From Phoronis australis (Eukaryota > Animalia > Phoronida), in NCBI GenBank assembly GCA_002633005.1, contig NMRA01000360.1, positions 189,065 through 253,064 of the forward strand: a stretch of DNA of 64,000 nucleotides. The letters are read 5' to 3'. The notes under the pieces are model-generated. The model ran no database searches and was not told the DNA's origin. It worked only from the letters and a program-made list of their open reading frames with translations. Numbering within the stretch: the first letter of the stretch is position 1; every line of letters starts with the position of its first letter. Below are positions 14,201 to 26,200 of this stretch, one piece after another. The translations under genes and the position numbers were made by a program.

Positions 14201-17200
14201 TAGTGGCCATTTTTACTGTTTTCGAGTCTGTTTTTTGACGTGCAACCCTCTATCAACCAAACTATTCTAAGGATGATTTTGAAAATTGGCATATATGTTC
14301 TCAGTGTGAAGAGGACTTTGACGATGATGACTTCAACTACTGTGGCACCTCCTAGTGGTGGTTTTGTTTTGTTTTGCGCCCATAGCTGTATCTCCTAAAC
14401 CCACTATAGGATCTTTATTAAATTTAGTTAGTGTCTTTATATGAAGCTAACAATAGACGACTTGCAGGCAGCCGCTGTTCCTCCTAGAGGCAATTTTTTT
14501 TCTGTCTTCCTTTCTTTCTCTGAAGTTCTGTGTTAGATTTTTATGAAATTTAGTAAATAGCTTTCTATTGAAGAAATGATGGCATGTTCTGTCTTCAGAT
14601 AGAGTGGGTGTTTTGCACCATCTAGTGGTCATTTTTATGTTACAAATATACAATTCTTGAAGTGCACTGTTTGCGGTGCATTCGTGGGCGCATTTCAGTG
14701 CTCCGCATTGCTCTTGCTGAAGCTGCTATACTGGTCTCGCCTCGTTCCTTTCTCAAATTGGAAGTCATTTCTGGGCTTCAGAAAAACTGACATTTTGTTT
14801 CTTGAGAGCGGGACAAAAGTAATCGGCCATAATATCATTTTTCCGTCGTGACAACTGATTCTGTTAACAGCAGAAATATGTTGTAAGAACTATTGGGACA
14901 AATTGTAATTACAAAATGGCGTAGCCACCTTTAAACTTTCCTGGTAATTCTCCTACATTCTCAGTCATCAGGGGAGACTACTCTGACCATGAGTTTGACT
15001 TTGGCTCAGTTGCCGTGAGGGAGGAATTCCTGATGTTTTTTTTTTGATACTTTTGGTTTGTACTGTCCTCGGGACCAGGATCGGCAAGTTCACTTATCGA
15101 AGCAGGTCATTTTAAGCACTGAGCGTAGTCTCAGGAAAAGCTTTAAATGTGCGACAAGATGGATGTTACACTTTCATTGTCAGAGTCATTCTCTTTTTTC
15201 AGAAACAGCAATTTTCATGTTGTGCAATCGGCAGTAGAGATCGGTCGTTGTCTATTTGGGTAAGTTGGTATGGTCTTGTAATATAATTACCGTATTGCCA
15301 TGACTTATGGTCCATCGGCCTGTATTCAAATTGACACCTTATTTCATGACCCATATAGGCACACACGTTTTGTCTACCGCTGTGCTTCTTTATGGCGATT
15401 TTCAACGTTTGCCTCTGTATATTTGGAGTTCCTTGGCATACTTTCAAGAAATTTGGTAAATAGTTTTTTATTACCTTTTGCTGCGTTTTTTGGCCCATGG
15501 AACTATATCCAAATCGATGCCTTTTTCATGACCTTTTTATCCAAGTGATTCGCATATTGGTGCATGCGCCTAAGATTTGCCCATAAATGCACTTTTGCAC
15601 CAATGCCCAAGGGCTTAATGGTGTGACAATACTGTAATGTGTACTTCATCTCAATGAACTCTTCAGAAGCTTGTTCAGTAACATAACTGGCATCACAACA
15701 CAGTCAGCTCAATATGCCATTTTGTGTTTTGACTGGTATTGGTCTGCACAAGGACCGCTGCACTGTCCTGATGAGATAGGGACGAAGAGGTTGTCAACAT
15801 TTTTTGCTGTGACATGTTTAAATAGTTATTCATTAGAAGGGCACTCGAGTTTCTTTTTCAGACGTCAGAAGCACGCAGGAACTTTTGCAAGCTATAGACA
15901 CTGTGAATTCATCTCAAAGTTTGTTAAACAGTTTGTACCATGCTAAAAGACCCCAGGGGATCATCGTCTAGTCTTGAACTTTGTTTGTCCAACTAGTTGA
16001 CTGCACTCAAGCGACCCCTGGTGGTAGTCCATGACTTGTTCACCAACTCAGTGATGGATTCCTCTTGGTCCAAGACTGGTCTAGAGCTTATCTGTTGTTC
16101 ATGGGATGGTACAGTTGCTTACTTGGGACTGTCAGAGGAAGAGATCGGCCGACCACTCACTGTTGATGAAATGGTGAGGCTATTCTGTTGATGATTCCTA
16201 GTTTCCTAAATCCTATGTTGATAGTTTACAAGCAGTAGCAGTACATTAGAGTATCAAGTGACCTTGTCATTCATTCCCTGATAATTTGCTTGTGACATTT
16301 CTTGAAGGGATGCGTTCCCTAAGTCATCATGTGATGTACATTCATTATTCATCTATAAAAATAAAAGGCTTTGTGCAAGACAAACTACAACTTGAAAGTT
16401 CCGGGGTGGTTCATTCCTAAATTACAGTGCACTGTCTGAACATGAAAACCACAGTGAGTAAATGAGAACGCCCAAAGATGATAGAACTATGAATGATATT
16501 GCTGAGTAGAAAAGCATTACTCGCTGAGCGATAAGAATGTCTCCAATTTTGATTTTCGGTTGGTGTGCTTTTTGTTGCCTTTGGTTGCGGCACGAAATCG
16601 GATGTTACACATACAGCTAGCTGCTAATTTTGGTCGTTATCAGATGTGTTGTCTCTACTGCCAAACTGCTTTCTTAAAGTGTATTGTACGTCGTTGTTTT
16701 CAGAATAAATTTCACCAAAAGCTGTATGGCAAGTCTATGGCACAGATGAACGGCGCTGGGCCACAGATCATTGAGTCGACTGCCATGTTAAAACTTCAGC
16801 AACAGCAGGCTTTACAAAAGGAGCGAGAAGACGAGGCAAAGAGAGCGGCAGCCAACAACACCATGACACCAGTGAAATCGACAACGACGACACCGTCGAA
16901 GGGCGTATCTTTTGGGGTATGTGTTAATATCATGTAGACTACGGCACCTGCCCTGTTTCGGACAAATTTGACCTACGATGCACCCCCCACTGGCATTTTT
17001 ATTGTCCATTTACCTGTCCTCTAAACTGTTAGAAGACTCATGATGAAGGGTGGTAGGTGTGTATACTTTAAGAACATTGTTGTCTCACACCCCTTAGGTG
17101 ATTTCTACATCCAGTGAGAACGTTCAAACTAATGATCATTGCTGGTATCTGTGCTGTATGCGATTCACAGGGTGGGTGCATATCAGCTCCCTGTGTGGCT

Positions 17201-20200
17201 CTTGTTAGTGCGACGATTTCCTATCCTTCTCAACAAGTGAAAAAGGATTCAAGTAGAAAACCTCTCAATAGCATCACCGTGTCTTTTTCATGGCTCTGCA
17301 TCTCTTTCATAGTCTCCAGATACACCCAGTAAACAGATTGAGACCAGAACGAAGGATGGCCGACGTAGGATACAGCCTATATTCCTGGCCCCACCACCAG
17401 ATCTGAGGTTAGCAATAGTTTCCATTATCTATAAGTCTGAAGCAATTTTCCTCTTTTCACAATTCTACGTGCTTGTAAATATGAATAATTGTCACAGACT
17501 CTGATTCTACTTATGCATAGTGTAGGCATCCTACAGAGACATGTGATCACATCACGTGACCTAGTAATTGACCTATCGTCAGGATTTTGAGATCGCAACA
17601 TTCTTGATACACCTTCGTCTGCATATTCAAGCTGCCAGTTTACCCGACAAACAGCATGTTGTCGGTGACTTTTCACAAGGGTCGGAGCTTGCGTTAGGTC
17701 AATTAAAAGTCAAGTAATGCTGCCCCTAGTGGGTGGGGTCGGGGCACCAATCTTTTCGGACTCGTAATTACTCGTAATGGGGTTTGTGTGTCTATTGGCA
17801 GTGATGGACCTGCCCCGTTTGTGGTGGGCACAAACTTCACCTCAACAACAGACCGGAGCTCGATTGTTGTAGAGAAGAAGGACGGTCTTACAGAGGACCC
17901 AGAAGCCAACACAGCCTTGGCTCCAGCAGAAGAGGCTTCTATACAGGTGTGTCATGGATGCTCTTCTGTGATAACAGATAGCATGCTTCACCAGGTGTAT
18001 GAAAATTCTTCAATTTGTGAAAAATGTTTGCTAAAATTGCCAGCTTTTAATGTTTATGTGCCCACGTATACAAATGGAACTGGTCAGTTCTATGGTTCAT
18101 GAGTTGAATATTGGGCATGCTTGAATTATCTTAAAATGCACTTGAATGCATTTTGTGTTTCCTGTTAGCAGCCTGCTAAACGATTCATTCTTCCATTCAT
18201 CTTTTACTTAGCCTATGTCAGCCCTTGAGTCAACCCAGCCGGAAAAACGGAAAGAGCCCAGTGAAGCGCCCCCATCTGATGTGTAAGTAATGGTCTCAAA
18301 ATTTTGGCTCCACTTAAATGGGGCTACTTTACACTGCTGTCAGAACTTTTTAAAGCCTGCGTTGAGCGAAGTTTTGTTATTTTAGGTGTGTTGAGCTAAT
18401 TAGAAAGTCCTAGCAAAGCCTTAGCAAAATAAGGAAACGCGAGTTTAGTCACTCAAACCTAGGCCCATCAGACGATAGGTGAAGTTGCGTTGTCGTGCCA
18501 TAGTGTGTCACCGAGAACCCAGCACAAACAACAAAAGGCTGATAGTAGTTATGTTGAATAGTGGGTCTGAGTAGAACACCCATGGTGTTGTTGGCAACTG
18601 TTTGAATTAAAAGGTGATTCTTGCTGTGGCGGTAGACAAAAGCAAGCCAATAAGCCTATTAACAGTTCATTACATTTGGCAGTTGATGGCTCAGTGCGGT
18701 GCTCTTAACATAGTGTAGGCACCAAGGTTACTTTAATGCCAAGATGTCAGATAGAATTATTCAAGTTACAGAAAGTGAAGTACTTTTAATTTTTAAGTCA
18801 GGTTTTGTTAAGGCTCCAATGTCTTGATTTCTTGAGAGTTTTTGCACTCTTTAATTGTTTCTTAGTCATTGCGGGTTTTGTTTTTTGCCTTGTAACAAGT
18901 TATACTAATTATTGTTTTACATGGTACCTCTGGGCGAGTCAGTTTTGCACAAAGCTTGAGAATGGTGGAATAACCTACAAAAGCATGTCAGGCCTCTTGT
19001 ACTGTAATAAATGTTTTGCATTGTCATCATTGTGGTTGTTAGATGTTCCTCTGACAGACTTTATTTATGTATCCATTCATTGTCTATCTGACAGGGTAGC
19101 ATCTACCTAAACATCTGTTGATTAACTGTCTGACAGGTTGGCCTTTTTGTACATTTACATTTGTTGTCTGTCTTGGAGGATGGTTGTTATTGATATATCT
19201 ATTTATTGTCTGTCTGACAGTGCAGCCTGTATTTAAATATTTATTTATTGTCTGTCTGACAGTGTGGCCTTGAGTAGCAAAGAGAATGAACATCACAAGC
19301 ACAAGCGAAGGAAGGAAGACAAGGAGGTGAAAGTGAAGAGGAAACTGGATATTGATAAAGTTCGTAAACACCGCAAGAAAGACAAGCCTAAGGATGAGGC
19401 GATGCTGTCTACGCTTGCTACGCTGGTAACCTTTCGAATATTCACGTCTCTGTAATTAGGAGGCTTTTTGATGAGCTCAAAACACAGCTCATTGTGATGA
19501 TATGAAAATGTAGTGGTGTTTAAGTTGCTGAATGTGTTTAAAAACAAGTTTTGTGATGATGATAATCTCATTCAAATCATGAACCAGTCAGAAGAGCGAC
19601 TCCGGGCTGTTGAATAAGTACGCTGTACGACGCTGGTTACGTCCTATTGTTACTGTGTATGATTCTCATTTGTTGTTTGTTTGATCTCAGATCGTCCCAG
19701 AGAAGGAGGTACCCCCTACTAAGTTAGTCTATGCTAGCTCTGGTCTTCAGCTTCCCCTAGCTGAACTAGACAGGACGTCTACCATACAGGTAATACATCC
19801 CTGGGGATGAGCCTGTTATGCCAGTTCATGGTTCCCACGCTGGTCTTGGAAAACCTGGAAAATGACAAAAATGGTGTCCTTGAATGGTTGATGGAACATG
19901 GGTAAACTCGTGGAAGCATTGAAAACGAAAACCCATTTTGAATTGTAACCACATTCATTGGCACGTGAGGCAAGGAAAGCAATGAGGTCTTGTGTCACAC
20001 ATGTTTGGATAGTTTTCCATATTGCCAGTTGTTGGCCTTAATTACTGCAACTCTCCACTCCTTTTGCACAAAAATAATACGCATTTTTCACAGGTCAATT
20101 TCTTTGCTACAAATAGTGGAAAGTGTACCAAATGTTGTTTTATAGCATCTACGCTGTATGCTGAAAACGAACTAAATTTTCCTTCATGTAGAGTTATGGT

Positions 20201-23200
20201 GTGATATCGATTGCTTATCAGAAAGTTGCAACTAACCATTTTGTTCTTTGATAAAGTCTATAGCCAGACTGACATATTCTGATCAATTCCCTATGAACTC
20301 CAATAAGTCCATGTCTAAAGTCTAATCTCCAGCGGCGCTGTTTACCTGCTGAATTTTGAAGTATAATCTGTGGCGTTCTCGAGCTACATCCCCGCGCTGT
20401 TTTTGAGGTATTCAAGGTACAACCCGTTTTTTCGAGGTACAATCCTAGAGTATTTGTGAGTAGGGCTACACCACTGTTTTCTATTCCAAAAGTGACGGTC
20501 CTAATTTCAATGTCTGTCTGTTTGTCAGTTTGTCTGTCTTTAGTGTGTGCATTTTTGTACTTGAGTGTTTCAAAAATTATTTCTCTTATCCTGTACATCA
20601 TTTTGGTGCCTATCTTTCAAGTATGATCTGAAATTAATGTATCTATTCTGTTCTAATATCTCTTAATGATATCCTAGACTAGAAATTGCAGGCCTGGTTT
20701 GTAAACAGTGTTTGTTTGTTTGTTTGTTTGTTTGTTTGTTTGTTTGTTTATATTAGGGCACACCTGAAATTAACGTAACTACTCTCTTCCAGTTTCTCTT
20801 AATATTGAATTATATGCTGGTTTGGATCCGTGCTTGTTTGAATGCTAATCTGCGGTGTTATTCATTTGCTGCCTGAGTACTAGTATCGGCAGAAAAGCTT
20901 CAATCTGTGACTTTTTAAACTTTTTGTACCAAATCGTATAACATGTAAAATTATATCTTTAGGTGGATGAGTGGCACAGTTTGGAGGTTGAGAATGGAAC
21001 CGTGTCAGAAGGATGCACTATCAGCAGAATACGATACATCAGCGATGGTGAACAAACGTGGGAGAATGCTGTACCTCATACAATAGTGGCTGCTAGTGGC
21101 TCAGGGTAGGGCGACGAAGTAACCATCAGCTACTCTCAGCTGAAGTCAAAATAATTGTGTGAACTAGCTTGTCGAGTTTTGAAATCTTCCTCCAACGGCT
21201 TTTTGTTTGTTCAGATAGTCTTAGGAATGGTTTAGTAACGCAAGGGAACACGGGTTTTCAACATTCAAATGCAGGCACGCCAAATGATATGTGAAGTAGC
21301 CTTTTCACACCATATTGCATCGCCCCAAAAACGTGAATGAAAGGTTGAAAGTCGTGTGTATTGTATAGGAGTGTGAATGGAACGTTATATGTTATTAGTA
21401 TTCTCGCGGTAACCTAGACGAACGTCATCAAGCCTGTTAAGCGTTCATTACATTTAGCAATTGATTGCCTTGGTGTGCTCACAGTGATGTTTTGGCAGCC
21501 AAGGTGACACGTGTTACTGTTCAAGGCAGGCGTTAAGCTCCTGTAGTGCATTCAAGTCTTGGAAACAGCAGGTTATCATACAGTTGTAGCTTTTCATTAT
21601 TATCAGTAATGAAAACGTTACCAGCAAATAGTACGGGATACTATCTTTTTGTAGCATATAACGAATTGATAGTGAAAAGGCCAAAAGCTGTATACGACTT
21701 TGTTGTCCTATGATCGTTGTTGTTTCGTTTTAATTCTTAGGCGTATCACTGCGGTGGCTTGTGATGACCAGAGTGTCAGCGTGTTCTCAGTGTCAGGACG
21801 TCGCCTCATGCCCAGTCTCATTCTGGAATCCAAGATCTCACGCCTTCTCACTGCATCACATTACGTGATGGTGGTGACTACGCAAGGCTCTCTTTATGTC
21901 TGGTGCGTGGATCCAAGCTTAATACCAGGGCTTGGAATTTTCCTTTTTTAAGGGGGTTTCTTTTTTGGTTTTGATTTCCAGTTTCTTCTGTTTTCGTTTC
22001 TTTTTTATCATTATTTTGACTTCATTCATGCAAAAAACACATCTTACAGCTAAATTTTACGAAACTAAAATATTTTTTTTACATAAGCCTATTTTTTTAG
22101 AAGATACTTCACCTGGAAATTTTTCCTCTTTTTTGTCATGGGTCATTCCAAGCCCTGCAATACATGATAGATGACTGACAGCTGTTAAAGAGTTTTGTCC
22201 TAGCTCTGTAGTTAGTAGCATTTGTCTTTATGGCAGACCAGATTTTCTGTGAATAGTCAAAGAATATGCATATAAACCTACGAAATTAGATGACCGTTGA
22301 TGATAAATGCGTAAAAAATATTTTGTTCTACTATCAAAAGTTGTGCACTATTTTTGAGCGAGAATGATGCTTTTAAATTTGTTTTTGTTTCATTAACTAT
22401 TAATAAAATCCACTATTGTCTTAACAACCGTCATCTAACCTGTCTGTTGTCTCTCTCTTCAGGAACTGTCAGACTCTTACCTCTGTTGTATCTAAAGTGT
22501 CCTTGACCTCCATCATACCTGATGATGAAGTGACCCTTACTGATGCTCGTCTCACAGACCAGGGCGTGCCTGTAATCACTCTCTCCAACAACAAGTCCTA
22601 TACCTACTCACCAGGAATGGCAATATGGTAATTAATATTTAATTCCTTATACGTACATAGCAGGGTGGAAAGGAAAATTCAGTACCTTGTATCAACTCAC
22701 CTGTGATGGCAGTATGGTAAAAGATATATATTACCTTATACCTATGTAACAGTGTGGAAAGGAATGTTCTGTACCTTGTGCCAACTGCTCTGGCATTGCA
22801 TATGGCAAATAATATTTATTACCTTATACCTATGTAACAGTGCTGAAAGGTATAAAAAAATCTCTTAAACTCTATTCCAGCTCAAAATAAAAGTTTAAAC
22901 AATGTCGCTGTGTGTGGTTTATATTATGTAACACACCCACCTGGCTCAGGTAAGGTTAAGATTGTACGTTTTGTCTTCTAGGATGTTGATCTGTGACAGT
23001 GAAGACATTGTAGAGAGCAGTTCAGATCACAGCAGCTTCACCAAAGGCAGGACGCCAGTCAAGGGAACCCTGGCGTCGATCCAGGTGCTCAAGCCCAGGT
23101 CAGTAAACAGCCAACTCTCGTATGATCACGCAATAAGGTTTATTCAATGTCGTTTTGACCTATCGTTTGGCAGATATGCGGTTTTGTTAGAATTTGTTAT

Positions 23201-26200
23201 TTACGGGTACTCTTTTTTTTTCCTAGAGCGTGGGTTATGTTTCCCCAACCGGAAGTCATTTTTCCACTGTGTCCCTTACTGTCAAGTGACCAGATCAATC
23301 TGATAAAGCGTTGTCTTTTGTTGATGATTTTGTGCGCAAAGTTTTGGTTTTCCGGCGTTAAGCTTAGTTTCTTACTACAATGCTTATAATGTGTTTATCT
23401 CATATAGGTCAAGTTCTCAAGCAATGAAGTTGCACCGCGTCAACACAGGAGGCCAGCACTGTGCAACTGTTAGCCATCTTGAAAACCAAGTGGCGGCTGC
23501 TCTGGCCGTACAATCGGCAGGCGAATACTGGTACTGGTTCTTGGCATACATTAGGTACGTCTATCATAGATGCTGCTTTTCACAGATATTTTCCAAGCGT
23601 TTCACCCGCTTTAACACCGAATTGGCCGGGGTTTGTCTACACATCATTTTGGGCTCTGTGTACCGACGTTGTTTTGGAATATTGTGTGTTTAGATTATTG
23701 GAGGAGCTCAACCCTGGGGCCGAGCTCAACCCTGGCGCCACCTAGTGGGGTATTATGGTGGAACATCTATGTGTTTCAGTGGTATTGTCTAATTGCTTAA
23801 CCAGGTTTTGTAATTTGACTTTGTTTTTAGTGGTGGGTAAGAAGTCTGTTGATTCCTGACTTATACTGTTGATAATTGATGTGTAAGTCTTCGTTGGAAG
23901 AGTTACTGCAGCTGTTAGAGTGAATGCCAGATATCTGTGTTGCTTCAGGTGCTTGGTCCATGAAAACATGGAGAAAAAACTGCGCGAAGTCTGCGATGAC
24001 CTTTTGGGACCCATGTACAAAAGTAAAACAAACCAGTGGTCAAGCTTCGTTCTGGTAAGTCAGTGGGCTAGAGTAGTCTCAACATAGGTTATTGTCATTG
24101 TCATAGCTTTGAGTTTTGTCTTTGATGTATACTGGCATTCAATTTGGGGATTTCATCTATGGCTCTGTTGCCATTTTTCAAATGCATTATGGGACTCTTG
24201 TCAGCTCATAAACATATGGCGACATCTTAGTAAACTGGTGTCTGGTAAACGATATGTCTGAAAACAGCACTTTCACTTGAGTTTACCATATTTGACCTAT
24301 CGCAAGCTCCGCCTCCTTGTGAAAAGTCACTGACAACTTTTTGCTTGACGGGTAAAATGGTGGCTTGGAAACACAGATGTGTCAAGAATGCAGCGTTCTG
24401 ATTGGTCAGTTAAGCCAACAGTCAAAATCCTGGCGATAGGCTTATCCTATAGCTCATTGGGTTGACATATCGCATGCTCCGCCCCCTTGTGAAATTGTTG
24501 TTTGTCGGGCAAAATGGCGGCTTGGAAATGCAGACGAAGAAGTGTCGAGAATGTTGCGTTCTGATTTGTCAGTTAAGCCGTCAGACAAAATCCTGGCGAT
24601 AGGTCAATTGTAAGCATGGGTTCACTGCAGTAGGCTTTTTGGTGCGAGTATGACTAAACAGGAATACTGTGGGAGCAAGGGAGCAAAGAATTAAAATGAG
24701 CTACAAATGATTTGAATACAAAGATCGACTTTTAGCAAATATTTTGCACGAAAGATTCTTGTGGTATGCGCCATCCTATCAGGCTATAGTTAAATGCTTT
24801 CACCTAAAGTGTGTGGCCTGCATTACTTAGACCACGGAACAAAAATGCTAGGTTACGTATGACTTCTACATATCGCCATGCATTTCAAGCAAAGCGTGTG
24901 ATAACTCTAGCTTAACTCACTAATTTCTTGCGTCTGCATAATGCAGCCCAGGTGTATACATGTCACACAGTTTTCAGTGATGTTTGCGGATGTTTACGAC
25001 CCAACGGCTGTCTCATAATGCAGTTTGGAAAACGACCAGTAGCACGAAGACAGCCCATCAGCCGCCAGGTGTCACTCTCATAGAGAACACTGACGTGCTC
25101 ACCATCATGTTCTGATTGGCTGCGATTGGTCATTTGCCCTTTGATAAAATGGACCTCTTGCTAATTTGTCTGAAGTTTAATGAAAAAATGCGTTTTTCCT
25201 GATTCTTTGTTATTAAGGGATAAATAGGTCTAGATGCAAGTCGAATGTTATTGTGAGATAAAACATGGAAACAAGTGAAACCTCCCATATTCTTGAAAGT
25301 AATCGATAGATGTGGAAACGCCTATCTCAGAGAACTTCATGACTTGAGGGAGAGTTCTCATGAGCTGGGTTACATATTGTTAAGAACAAAATAATTTACA
25401 ATATTGATTATCATCAAAAAGAATATAATCTTATGATATTTTGAACAGTATTTGTGTAATGGAAGAAATGTATTACCTTAGTGTAGTGAATAATTAAAAA
25501 ACAACAAAGTTCATTTTACAGTCAGACTTTCAAACTAAGCATTTTAACTACGAATGAGTATTGTGCTTATCTGTTCTGGCATAAACTATATTATATGGAC
25601 CGCCAACTCTGTATATTTTCAATGGATGAAATCTATGGTCTTAAGCACAAGCTGTGACGTCATTATTTATTAGCGACACCTGGCCAAATTAGTAAGTTTT
25701 ATTTCCGGCAAGTACGTCATCTGCTTATCATGATTGGCTGTTGTGTGGTCGGGTGCCAAAAGTATTCCCGATACCAACAATTCCATTATTGGAAGACTTC
25801 GCACAATGTATCAATGCTCAAATTATTTTTTCGGTGTACTAGACAGTAAAATAGTTGTGAGGATTTTTTGTCACAATACACTAGCCAGAAACTGAAAAAT
25901 GTAATTTAGGAGAGTAACGCCGCCTCTTGGATAGCACGGTAGAAAATGTCGGAGTTGCGAATCTGTTGTCTATAATCTGTGGTTCAGGCCAGTATTGAGA
26001 ATTTGGAAACAGATATTTGCTATTTTTATGTGCCCACATATTTATATGTGGATGCATTATGCCGTCATCTCCGTCCGTCTGTCCGTCCGTGCGGCGTCCG
26101 TCTGGTGCCTGTCCGTACGGTGTCCGTCCATCCGGCGTTTGCTGCTCTATCTCCAAAACCCTTTGACATATGTTCATGAAATATGGCACATATGTTCCTT

